From contig NIVC01002701.1 in NCBI GenBank assembly GCA_002269645.1, positions 62,001-126,000 of the forward strand: a DNA stretch of 64,000 nucleotides, read 5' to 3'. The stretch comes from Macrostomum lignano (Eukaryota). Within the stretch, counting starts at the first letter, position 1. Each line of letters begins with the position of its first letter. Shown piece by piece: positions 43,235-55,500 of this stretch. A model generated the notes under the pieces. The model was not told where the DNA came from. It was given only the letters and a program-made list of their open reading frames with translations, and did no database searches. The position numbers were made by a program, and so were the translations under genes.

Positions 43235-43520
43235 GGAACAACGCCCCGCCACACCAAGCCGATGCTGTTAGTCAACTGAAGGAACAGCTACAGCTGCGCA
43301 CTCTGCGCTGGCCTTCCCGGTCCCCAGACATGAATCCCATCGAGCATGTCTGGGACTTCCTAAAACGTAGCATTCGAAAAGAGAATCCACCATAGAATGT
43401 TGCGGAGAGCTCTGCGTCATGCCATTGAAAACGCTTTGGAGCGGCTTCCCCAGGACTTTCTGCGCCGCCTCATCATTGGGATGCCCCGCAGAGTCGTCGC
43501 ACTTCTGCGTGCGAGGGGAT
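43235..43520 (+). mobile_element. Tc1/mariner transposase C-terminal remnant
   Basis: NNAPPH..WPSRSPDMNPIEHVWDFLKR, the Tc1 DDE third-acidic-residue motif, followed by a stop; no TIR found. Confidence 0.78.
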
Positions 43521-44124
43521 CCCACAGGCATCGCGATTCTAACTGAATATTGCATAAAAAATTCTGATTTTGTGCGACTGACGTTTACTACGAGTATTGA
43601 TAGTCAATCAACTTTCCCCCTTCCTCGCGGCGGCTTAGTTGCGTAACTTGAGGGTTGAATTGTGAGTGTGAAATTTTCGCAATTTGGAGGGTGGAACTTT
43701 TGACTGACGCTGAGTATATTAGTCATTTCTTAGAAAATCTTTTTTTGAAACTTCTACTCACGCATGGAAAACTGCAGTATGGGATGCTAGGTTAGTTTTT
43801 CTTAGAAATGAGCCGGAGTCTCGTAAGGAATGAATAGTTGTTAGCATGCTTCTTAGCAGGAGCGTCGCAATTAATTTTTATGGTTTGGGGGACAAAGCCC
43901 AAGAATTTTACAAGACTAAATTCCTCCGTGTACATTATTTTGAGAATCGGTGTATATTTAGCACTCTGTTGTGATTTAGTGATTCAACTAGCAATCTTCG
44001 CCCCCGTTGGGGGACATCTGTATAGAATCTCTGTTCTCTACAAGTAACAAAAAGATAGCGAAATAAAGCCTTCAAAAAGAAAACAGACAAAATACTCAAA
44101 TGAAGTGCAATGCAAAAAGAAATC

Positions 44125-44612
44125 ATCCCAAGACAGCAAGCATCCCCCAGATAGCAAGCATCCCCAAGATTGCAAGCATCCCCCGGATAGCAAGCATCCC
44201 CCAGATAGTAAGCATCCCCCAGATAGCAAGCATCCCCAGATAGCAAGCATCCCCCAGATAGCAAGCATCCCCCAGATAGCAAGCATCCCCCAGATAGCAA
44301 GCAATACCCAAGATAGCAAGCATCCCCCAGATAACAAGCATCCCCAGATAGCAAGCATCCCCCAGATAGCAAGCATCCCCCAGATAGCAAGCATCCCCCA
44401 GATAGCAAGCATCCCCAAGATAGCAAGCATCCCCCAGATAGCAAGCATCCCCAAGATAGCAAGCATCTCCCAGATAGCAAGCATCCCCCAGATAGCAAGC
44501 ATCCCCCAGATAGCAAGCATCCCCCAGATAGCAAGCATCCCCCCGATAGCAAGCATCCCCCAGATAGCAAGCATCCCCCAGATAGCAAGCATCCCCCCGA
44601 TAGCAAGCATCC
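44125..44612. repeat. 18/19-bp minisatellite
   Basis: GATAGCAAGCATCCCCCA repeated. Confidence 0.92.
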
Positions 44613-44836
44613 CGCCGCATTTCGGCGCCGCAGACATTCCTAAGAAACTTAAGCTGAATAAAAGACACGTTAAGTTACCAACTGTAAGTAGTTCATCATC
44701 GCATCAACGATTGTACTTGGGACTACACGCTACGAACTCGTAAATTGAAACTTCAATAGAAATGTAATTTTTACATAATTTTAAAATATGATCTATTAAA
44801 GTTGATCTAATTTAGCTGTCTGTCCAGCTGGTTCGG

Positions 44837-45683
44837 CTACTTATCATCTGGCACAAATCTGGATGCACTCCGCATCAGAGAAGACAGTCGGTTGGTCGCT
44901 GGTCTCTGACAACGAACTCCAGCGTCAGGCTGCATCAAAGAAGCGCACCAGTTGTTGGCGAACTGCTCCACAGCTGCCTGTCGTCTTCTGGAATCGTCCG
45001 CAGACGTCAGCAAGCCAAACTGCAACCGGTTCAGATTGTCTCGAATGTCGGATTTCTCCTTCGACGACATAATCCGCCCCCGGTAGCTGCCCGCGGCCAC
45101 GCGGATTCGCTCCTGGAGTCGCCTGACCGACGGGCTGACAGTGGCTGCGAGTAACTCGCCACCAGATCCGGAGCTGACCAGCGGAATTTCACCTGGGCTG
45201 TAGCAGCGGTCAGCAATTTGAGATGCACTACTACTGCTGCTAATACTAGTAGTATAGTTGCGAGGAAATGCTTGGAATTTTTCTGCAGAACTATTCATGT
45301 AGTCCCCCTGCCGATGGTCTGCCAGCAGCTCTGAGTAGCGGCTCAGTGTTGAAGCGCACTCGGTGCGAGCGCTCTCGCCATCCGAGCGGCATTGGCCTGA
45401 TGATGAGAAATTGAGTTCACTTTTATCCCACTGTTGTACTCCCAGATCTGCAGTTGAGTCGGCGGATTTTAGCGTAGCTTCAAACTCCGTTCTGAGACAA
45501 CCGGAGCGCCCAGTCGATAGGCTCTGAAAGTCTGCAAAGTTCATTGAAAAAGTATTGATCACGACATTGGAGTCTCTCTCTTAATATTTGCATCTTTACC
45601 GCTTACCGGAAGTTTCGCGTTCAAAATCGTCGATGTAACTTTGAAGCAGCTGCGTTGCCGAGGTTGGCACTGTTTCATAAATC
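44837..45683 (-). CDS. Possible coding exons of an unidentified protein (ORF 45562-44837 plus a small upstream exon at about 45683-45607)
   Basis: 241-codon non-repetitive ORF with coding-like composition. An upstream segment IYETVPTSATQLLQSYIDDFERETS is bounded by CAG/GTAAG, but the joining intron would be only about 27 nt, so the structure is unresolved. Confidence 0.4.
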
Positions 45684-45769
45684 TGTGGATTTCTGCAATA
45701 TTAATAAACAGTTTTCTAATTTTTCAATAACTTGACTGTTAAAAACTGAAGTGCTCTCATTTTTACTGG

Positions 45770-46127
45770 GCAGGTCACTTCAGGGACAGGTCACTTCAGG
45801 GACAGGTCACTTCAGGAACAAGTCACTCCAAGGACAGGTCACTTCAAGGACAGGTCACTCCAGGAACAAGTCACTCTAAAGACAGGTCACTCCAAGGACA
45901 GGTCACTTCAAGGACAGGTCACTTCAGGGACAGGTCATTTCAGGGCAGGTCACATTAAGGGCAGGTCACTTCAGGGACAGGTCACTTCAGGGACAGGTCA
46001 CTTCAGGGACAGGTCACTTCAGGAACAAGTCACTCCAAGGACAGGTCACTTCAAGGACAGGTCACTTCAGGGACAGGTCATTTCAGGGCAGGTCACATTA
46101 AGGGCACGTCACTTCAGGGACAAGTCA
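45770..46127. repeat. 16-bp minisatellite, degenerate copy
   Basis: CAGGGACAGGTCACTT with variants. Confidence 0.88.
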
Positions 46128-47057
46128 CAGATAATGAGTAGTTTCTGCAACACACTCACAGGTTTATAAGTGACAGATTATAAATGACAAATTCAGTAGG
46201 CCAGCTTACCGTTGAAAAGATGCAGGGGGTCCATATGAAACAGACCGATTTAAAGAGTTGAAATCACAAGGAAAAAAGCTGCTCAAATTCTGGACAGAAT
46301 AAGGCACAGTAAGTATTCTCAAGCAATAAACCAAAGCTACACTGAGGCTTGTATTTAACGGTGTAATGACTTGCTGGCGGAGAGGCATTTTCTATTGCAA
46401 GAAACCAAGCTGTGTTCGAGGGCACAATGGCGCAGGTTGGTTGGCCACTTCAACGTTTTGGAGCCGAGACACCTGCTCATAGAAAGGAATTGGAGGTGGG
46501 GCAGAAGCGTCATTTAAAAACGTGTCAAAGGATTAAGGTTCGTCTTTTTACAAAGGCTCCGCTGCTTGTCAAAGGCTTAACTAGGCTTTAGCCCAGCTGG
46601 AGCTGCTGCCGGAGCTAGGGTGAGAGACTGTACGAACTTGCAAAACTGTTAAATGGCTGCGCTGTTCCACTTCACCCAAAGCTGGGTAGAAGAAACGCTA
46701 TCATAGTCGTGAACAATTAAACAGTGCCATTAGTCAGAGAGCTTTTTGGCACCAACTACTAATTGGAATAAACTTCTTTAGCACGTAGGAATGAGTTCGG
46801 TAAGCGACATCTAGATTCTGGGGGTTTTTTTGAAAACCTGCACACAAGATCAACTGGACCTGCGTTGCACCTGTATGCTTGAGAAAATTTTGCTTTATTG
46901 TTTATGAGTAACAAAGTTACTACGTGCAAATTAGATGGAGAGCTGCAGTTTTGTAAATTTTGAGTCAGCTTCGAGACAGATGTTTGGCACAGTTTTGTAG
47001 CAAATTGCCCCGTGCTTTTTTGAGCGATGGCACACCGACGCCTCTATTAGTTAAAGT

Positions 47058-49212
47058 AGCTCTGCCGCTCTCTACTAGTAGCTCTGCCGCTCTCTACTAA
47101 TAGCCCTGCCGCTCTCTACTAGTAGCTCTGCCGCTCTCTACTAGTAGCTCTGCCGCTCTCTACTAGTAGCTCTGCCGCTCTCTACTAATAGCTCTGCCGC
47201 TCTCTACTAGTAGCTCTGCCGCTCTCTACTAGTAGCTCTGCCGCTCTCTACTAGTAGCTCTGCCGCTCTCTACTAATAGCCCTGCCGCTCTCTACTAGTA
47301 GCTCTGCCGCTCTCTACTAGTAGCTCTGCCGCTCTCTACTAGTAGCTCTGCCGCTCTCTACTAATAGCCCTGCCGCTCTCTACTAGTAGCTCTGCCGCTC
47401 TCTACTAGTAGCTCTGCCGCTCTCTACTAGTAGCCCTGCCGCTCTCTACTAGTAGCCCTGCCGCTCTCTACTAATAGCTCTGCCGCTCTCTACTAGTAGC
47501 TCTGCCGCTCTCTACTAGTAGCCCTGCCGCTCTCTACTAGTAGCCCTGCCGCTCTCTACTAATAGCTCTGCCGCTCTCTACTAGTAGCTCTGCCGCTCTC
47601 TACTAGTAGCCCTGCCGCTCTCTACTAGTAGCTCTGCCGCTCTCTACTAGTAGCTCTGCCGCTCTCTACTAGTAGCTCTGCCGCTCTCTACTAGTAGCTC
47701 TGCCGCTCTCTACTAGTAGCCCTGCCGCTCTCTACTAGTGGCTCTGCCGCTCTCTACTAGTAGCTCTGCCGCTCTCTACTAGTAGCTCTGCCGCTCTCTA
47801 CTAGTAGCTCTGCCGCTCTCTACTAGTAGCTCTGCCGATCTCTACTAGTAGCCCTGCCGCTCTCTACTAATAGCCCTGCCGCTCTCTACTAGTAGCTCTG
47901 CCGCTCTCTACTAGTAGCCCTGCCGCTCTCTACTAGTAGCTCTGCCGCTCTCTACTAGTAGCTTTGCCGCTCTCTACTAGTAGCTCTGCCGCTCTCTAGT
48001 AGTAGCTCTGCCGCTCTCTACTAGTAGCTCTGCCGCTCTCTACTAATAGCTCTGCCGCTCTCTAGTAGTAGCTCTGCCGCTCTCTACTAGTAGCTCTGCC
48101 GCTCTCTACTAGTAGCTCTGCCGCTCTCTACTAGTAGCTCTGCCGCTCTCTACTAGTAGCTCTGCCGCTCTCTACTAGTAGCTCTGCCGCTCTCTACTAA
48201 TAGCTCTGCCGCTCTCTACTAATAGCTCTGCCGCTCTCTAGTAGTAGCTCTGCCGCTCTCTACTAGTAGCTCTGCCGCTCTCTACTAGTAGCTCTGCCGC
48301 TCTCTACTAATAGCTCTGCCGCTCTCTACTAATAGCTCTGCCGCTCTCTAGTAGTAGCTCTGCCGCTCTCTACTAGTAGCTCTGCCGCTCTCTACTAGTA
48401 GCTCTGCCGCTCTCTACTAGTAGCTCTGCCGCTCTCTACTAATAGCTCTGCCGCTCTCTACTAGTAGCTCTGCCGCTCTCTACTAATAGCTCTGCCGCTC
48501 TCTACTAATAGCTCTGCCGCTCTCTACTAATAGCTCTGCCGCTCTCTAGTAGTAGCTCTGCCGCTCTCTACTAGTAGCTCTGCCGCTCTCTAGTAGTAGC
48601 TCTGCCGCTCTCTAGTAGTAGCTCTGCCGCTCTCTACTAGTAGCTCTGCCGCTCTCTACTAGTAGCTCTGCCGCTCTCTACTAGTAGCTCTGCCGCTCTC
48701 TACTAGTAGTACTGCCGCTCTCTACTAGTAGCTCTGCCGCTCTCTACTATAGTAGCTCTGCCGCTCTCTACTAGTAGTACTGCCGCTCTCTACTAGTAGC
48801 TCTGTCGCTCTCTATTAGTAGCCCTGCCGCTCTCTACTAGTAGCTCTGCCGCTCTCTACTAGTAGTACTGCCGCTCTCTACTAGTAGCTCTGTCGCTCTC
48901 TATTAGTAGCTCTGCCGCTCTCTACTAGTAGCTCTGACGCTCTCTACTATAGTAGCTCTGCCGCTCTCTACTATAGTAGCTCTGCCGCTCTCTACTAGTA
49001 GTACTGCCGCTCTCTACTAGTAGCTCTGTCGCTCTCTATTAGTAGCTCTGCCGCTCTCTACTAGTAGCTCTGCCGCTCTCTACTAGTAGTACTGCCGCTC
49101 TCTATTAACAGCTCTGCCGCTCTCTACTAATAGCTCTGCCGCTCTCTACTAGTAGCTCTGCCGCTCTCTACTAGTAGCTCTGCCGCTCTCTACTAGTAGC
49201 ACTGCCGATCTC
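47058..49212. repeat. 22-bp minisatellite (about 95 copies)
   Basis: GCTCTGCCGCTCTCTACTAGTA. Confidence 0.95.
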
Positions 49213-49385
49213 TACAGTATTTTTGTCATAATTCTAAAATGAATCTGAAATGTGTCAGAGGGGCTACTCGGGTAGGTTTTTGCCATAGACAGTTTTTCGA
49301 GTCTATTAAATTCCATTAGAAATCATTGAAATACTTGAAATCATTAGATTTCTACACAGATGATAGCTACGTGCAGTGCTAAAGA

Positions 49386-50732
49386 ATGGCACCAACAAAG
49401 GAAAGGGCCGATTCCGCTACAGAAAACAACGATAAAAAGTTCATTGGATTTTATTTGTCCCTAAGACCTGAGCAAGGCCTGTTAGACAGTTTAATCTACC
49501 AGTTCTACTCGAAACTGCTGGACCAGTTGAGGCTATTTGACACTCTCAAGGTGTTCCTTGACTCCGACTATAACGCTGAGACTTTGACAAAGGAGAAATT
49601 TAGACCGAAATTCACCGAGACAACGAATCCGTTTGTGCGCGATCCTCCGCTGGAGTTCGTTATGTTTCCCGGCGATTACATGCTGGCATTCAGAGACGGC
49701 TTTCTGATGTTCCGCATCCTGGAGGAGGCGCTCAAAGCCAATGGAGAGTCGGCTGAGGCGATTCTGGAGAAGTAAGTCTCTTTTCTTGACCTGATTTCTG
49801 ATTTCCCGTTGGTCACTTCACGTCACTTTGAGACAGGTCACTTCAGGGACAGGTCACTTCAGGGACAGGTCACTTCAGGGACAGGTCACTTCAGGGACAG
49901 GTCACTTCAGGGACAGGTCACTTCAGGGACAGGTCACTTCAGGGACAGGTCACTTCAGGGACAGGTCACTTCAGGGACAGGTCACTTCAGGGACAGGTCA
50001 CTTCAGGGACAGGTCACTTCAGGGACAGGTCACTTCAGGGACAGGTCACTTCAGGGACAGGTCACTTCAGGGACAGGTCACTTCAGGGACAGGTCACTTC
50101 AGGGACAGGTCACTTCAGGGACAGGTCACTTCAGGGACAGGTCACTTCAGGGACAGGTCACTTCAGGGACAGGTCACTTCAGGGACAGGTCACTTCAGGG
50201 ACAGGTCACTTCAGGGACAGGTCACTTCAGGGACAGGTCACTTCAGGGACAGGTCACTTCAGGTCAATTTCGGACAAGTAGAGTTCAAACATCATTCTGG
50301 CTTGGAGACTGTGTCACTTTGTTCTTTAATTAATACACACGCCAACACCATCCCGTCAGGTACGAGACGTACAAAGCAACTAAAGGCGAGAAAGACGCCT
50401 ACCTTCGGGCCTGCTATTGGTACGTCTGCACTAATTTTGTGCACAAATGGCCAATACAATATCAAGTGGCATTTTTTGTCGACTGCCTGCTGTACGGCGA
50501 GTGGCAGGTGAGCCACCCTAATCTGATCGGCTTGCACCTGCTCGCCATAGCCTGGATGATGGGCATCAAAGCGTTCGACAGGTTCGTGCCAGTCGGACTG
50601 CGCAAATGCCTCATCATGCTGAAGCCGCCGCTGGCAGGCCTGAGGGCGGCCCAGGGCATCAAGGTGAGCATTGAGCCGCCTTGGCCCACGACTCGACAGC
50701 CGGCTAAGGAGGCGACGCAGAAGTCGAAGTGA
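49386..50732 (+). CDS. Hypothetical 2-exon protein (about 253 aa); exons 49386-49771 and 50360-50732
   Basis: GAGAA/GTAAGT donor and CCCGTCAG/G acceptor are in phase 2, giving ...AILEKYETYKATKGEKDAYLRACYWYVCTNFVHKWPIQYQVAFFVDCLLYGEW...; no family recognised. Confidence 0.7.
49835..50262. repeat. 16-bp minisatellite, homogeneous copy, in the intron of the 49386-50732 gene
   Basis: CAGGGACAGGTCACTT repeated about 26 times, essentially perfect. Confidence 0.95.
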
Positions 50733-51089
50733 CAGATTTTAATAAAGTGAATGCTTTAAAAATCATATTGTTTTTGGATTACCTGGTAAATATACACACA
50801 GTGCAGTGCTACTACAGATAAATCTGGAGAGGAATCTATAAATAAGCCACGGAGTTTCACTATTAGAAGCTGGGGTGAAGTCAACGTCCGTATATATTTA
50901 GTCTATAAAGTCGAGCTTCTGGGTTTCAAGCTCTTAATGACGTTTTTTTATTGATTACACCTGCCCCAATTTGGGCCGCCTGATGTGCAACCGACAGCTC
51001 AGCCGCAGCTATTGCGCGGCGCATCTGAAGGCTGCGTACGGCTGTTCAGTCCAAGGACTGGGGGGGGGGGGTCGCCACACACACAGCCT

Positions 51090-51250
51090 CAATTACCCAG
51101 CTAATACTGGCACCCATTTTACAGCTGGGTGAACTGAAGCAATGCAGAGTTAAGTGAGGACACAAATTGTTCCTGTGGGATTCGGGAATCGAACCCCCGA
51201 CCTTCAAGTCGTGAGTCCGACGCTAGGCAGCTCAGTGCTGAACGCACCGG
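51090..51250 (+). mobile_element. CORE-SINE (MIR-like) fragment with L2-type tail
   Basis: CCCATTTTACAGCTGGGTGAACTGAAGCAATGCAGAGTTAAGTG resembles the MIR core CCCATTTTACAGATGAGGAAACTGAGGC..GAGGTTAAGTG (recalled); followed by GGGAATCGAACCC..GAGTCC. Confidence 0.6.
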
Positions 51251-51644
51251 ACTCTTGAGCGCTAGCACCCTCCCTTGTTTGTTCGAAATTGAGACACACG
51301 TGACCCGTTATGTGCCTGCTCAGCTTGGAGTTAATTCGCACGATCACGACCTCAGCAACTGGCGAAATTCTGTTTTCTGCTTCAGCGAGAAGAAGCCAAA
51401 AAAAATAATTTTGAGCAACTCCAACACCACTAGGGTTGTAAATCGTGCCGTGGGAAATTGAAAATTCCAAATTTCCGAAAATCCGCCGCCATTTTTAATT
51501 AGCGTTGCTTAGCTGCAGTCTTCCTTCTTGGAGTCTCTGAAACCTTAATTAAAGAAACGTTTTCTTGTAATTAGCACGCTTGGGACTTGAAGGCGTCCTG
51601 TTGATTCACTGGCGCTATATGCTACTACAATAAGAGCGAAAACT

Positions 51645-51986
<342 letters not shown>

Positions 51987-52593
51987 GTGAAGATATGGGA
52001 ACGACTGTTTTACTTTCACGACTTCAGAGACTTTAGTTGGTTTAAAAACTTTATTTGAACATTAGTAAAGAATTGGTAGCTTTAAATTATATAAATCAAT
52101 TGTTTAATTGTAAACTTCGCTACGAGTAAATTCATATTGGAATAAACTTTTTTGCAAACACCAAAGTCAAGGATAAGAGATAGTTGCCAGCGTTTTTATA
52201 GTTATCAGTTAAGCTCGAGCGTATAAGCAGAGTATTCGCTGGAGGAAAAGCCAAATTAACTAAACTCGTGATTACTATGTTTCAACAAAAAATTCGGCCC
52301 ACCCACATTTCTAGCATTAAATCAAGTGTCACTTGCATCGTGCACCTATTAAAAAAGCTATTAGGAAAAGTGTCAGGGGGCGTCAACTTGTTTGTCAGAT
52401 GAGACGTCAACTTGTTTGTCAGGGAGGGGGGCGCAAATTTGTTTGTCATGGGGACGCTATAACTTAGGTGTCAGGGCCTAATTAAATTTGCGCCCATACA
52501 GGTGTTGCCGTGCATCGAAGCAGCAAAGATCCCGCAAAATCAGTCTGTTAGTCACGCAATCCCCGAAAAATCCTCAAGTCCTCCGCCATCGTG

Positions 52594-55500
52594 TCAGTCG
52601 TCGTCAGCTTTGCAGGCCCTGGTCGAGTCGCAGTCGCCTGCAGCCGACGTTAAGTCGGTGAACTCAGACATTCTAGTAGGCACACGCGACACTGGCGAGC
52701 TGGTCAGCATGGACACAAATTCGGGAAAGTCGATCAAGCCATCGCCGTTCGTGTCGACCTCGCGAAGCATTTCCTGGGCGTCGGTCAGGGACACCTCCGC
52801 GTGCCCGAGCGCCGACAGGACCTCCTTGAGCTCGGCGGCGCTGATGTAGCCGTTAGCATCCTTGTCGAACACCCGGAAGGCGGCCAGCAGTTCGTCTTCG
52901 GAGTCGTCGCCGCCGACGCCGCGTGTCGGCGAAGCGCGTCGCGAACCGGACGCGGAGCCGGAGCTCGACTCTCTGGAACTTCGGCGCCGCGGAGGCTGGC
53001 GCTCTTTCTTCTTGGCGCCGGTTCGGTCGCGCCTCCCCGACCGTATGAGCTGGATGAACTCGTCGAACTCGATGGTGCCGTTGCCATCGCGGTCGATTCG
53101 ACGGAGAAGTTCCTGCGATAGAAACGCTTCTTGGAAAATTAAAGTACACCGCGCACTCGGGGCTGTTTAGTTGGGTTGCTAGGCGATTAGGCCTACTCAG
53201 TATTTTTCCCTCTGAGTGGTTCGATAGCTTTAGCTACAGAATTAAAAAAAACACTTGACTGAACAGACAGGCTAAAAAATCTATTCAGATTTTGTTGCGC
53301 TGCCTGATATAGCTCTGTCGACAATATTACGAGCGTATTTGTTTTACTTTCGCTTAAAAAATATGCGGCAGTTGAAGCAGCCGATGGCATGGGTGCTTTT
53401 CAGCCCTTTTGTCGAATCACTTCGCTCTGTTCAAACTACCAACGCCAACTGGTAAAACCACCCACCCTCCTCCCCAAATGATAAAACCACCCACCCCTCA
53501 CAAACTGATAAAAACGCCCACCTCTCTTTCCCAACTGATAAAATTACCAACCCTCCTTTCCAATTGGTAAAACCACCCACCCTCCTCCCTAAATGATAAA
53601 ACCACCCACCCCTCACAAACTGATAAAAACGCCCACCTCTCTTTCCCAACTGATAAAATTACCAACCCTCCTTTCCAATTGATAAAACCACCCACCCTCC
53701 TCCCCAAATGATAAAACCTCCCACCCCTCACAAACTGATAAAAACACCCACCTCTATTTCCCAAGTGATAGAAGCACCCAATCCTTCTTAGAAAACTAAA
53801 GTACACCGCGCACTCGGGGCTGTTTAGTTGGGTTGCTAGGCGATCAGACCTACTCAGTATTTTCCCTCTGAGTGCATGCTAGGGGATTAACGGTATGAGC
53901 ATGTACAGTTACACTCAGCAACATATCTTAAAGCTTCCACCCCCGAAATCAGTGATAAACCGTGAACCACCAGGTGTGTGTCACCTGGGGCTGAGACCTG
54001 AGAACGGTTGAGCACTGGTTTCAGGGTGGCTAGCTAACTAGCTACCAGAGCTGAGGCAACTGTAACGTGCCTGTAACGTGTAGCGTGTTTGAGCTGCCGC
54101 TTAGCTGCTCTGTATAGCCAGTGAAGGAAGCATCCGCCTATTTTGGAATCAGATACAGAAAACTCTGCACCTAAACTTCGTAAACAAGTAAAATCTCCCT
54201 GTTTTCATAATCCTTTTACGCCTCAAAATTTCTGTTTAGATTTCCTGCGTACCGAGCGTACTTCTTGTTTTACAATAATCTTCTAACAAGCAGCGGGCAA
54301 GGAAGTCTCGGAAAGCTTTAAATCACTTGAGTCAATCTTGCAGCGCAGCAAAACTGTGTTACGAGCGTATTTACTTACTGGCTCTGCTTTTGGGGCTTCC
54401 CAATCCTTCCTTTCGGTTTCCAAAAGTCCTTTGTGAGGCATCAGCAAATGAACCTCTGGCTCCTTGTTTAGCGCCACCCTGACTCTTAGTTTAGCGCCAC
54501 CCGGACTCCTAGATTGGCGCCCACCCTGACTCTTAGTTTAGTGCCATCCTGTCTCCTAGTTTAGTGCCACCCTGTCTCTTAGTTTAGCGCCACCCTGTCT
54601 CCTAGTTTAGTGCCACCCTGTCTCTTAGTTTAGCGCCACCCTGTCTCCTAGTTTAGTGCCACCCTGTCTCTTAGTTTAGCGCCACCCTGTCTCCTAGTTT
54701 GGCGTCCACCCTGATTCTTAGTTTAGCGCCACCCTGTCTCTTAGTTTAGCGCCACTGTGTCTCCTAGTTTGGCGCCAATCTTGACTCTTAGTTTAGCGCC
54801 ACCCTGTCTCTTAGTTTAGCGCCACCTTGTCTCCTAGTTTGGCGCCCACCCTGATTCTTAGTTTAGCGCCACCCTGTCTCCTAGTTTAGCGCCACTGTGT
54901 CTCCTAGTTTGGCGCCAATCTTGACTCTTAGTTTAGCGCCACCCTGTCTCTTAGTTTAGCGCCACCTTGTCTCCTAGTTTGGCGCCCACCCTGATTCTTA
55001 GTTTAGCGCCACCCTGTCTCCTAGTTTAGCGCCACTGTGTCTCCTAGTTTGGCGCCAATCTTGACTCTTAGTTTAGCGCCACCCTGTCTCTTAGTTTAGC
55101 GCCACCCTGTCTCCTAGTTTGGCGCCCACCCTGATTCTTAGTTTAGCGCCACCCTGTCTCCTAGTTTAGCGCCACTGTGTCTCCTAGTTTGGCGCCCACC
55201 TTGACTCTTAGTTTAGCGCCACCCTGTCTCCTAATTTAGCGCCACCCTGTCTCCTAGTTTAGCGCCACTGTGTCTCCTAGTTTGGCGCCAATCTTGACTC
55301 CTAGTTTAGCGCCACCCTGTCTCCTAGTTTGGCGCCCACCTTGACTCTTAGTTTAGCGCCACCCTGTCTCCTAATTTAGCGCCACCCTGTCTCCTAGTTT
55401 AGCGCCACCCTGTCTCCTAATTTAGCGCCACCCTGTCTCCTAATTTAGCGCCACCCTGTCTCCTAGTTTAGCGCCACCCTGTCTCTTAGTTGGCGCACTC

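Noticed and set aside
43935-50511. Repetitive ORFs over the 18/19-bp and 16-bp arrays
   Set aside because: Minisatellite translation artefacts; 49809-50333 lies inside a defined intron
51172-51250. Possible tRNA gene on the minus strand (GGTTCGATTCC B-box)
   Set aside because: Acceptor stem and D-arm do not form; better explained as the SINE/L2 tail
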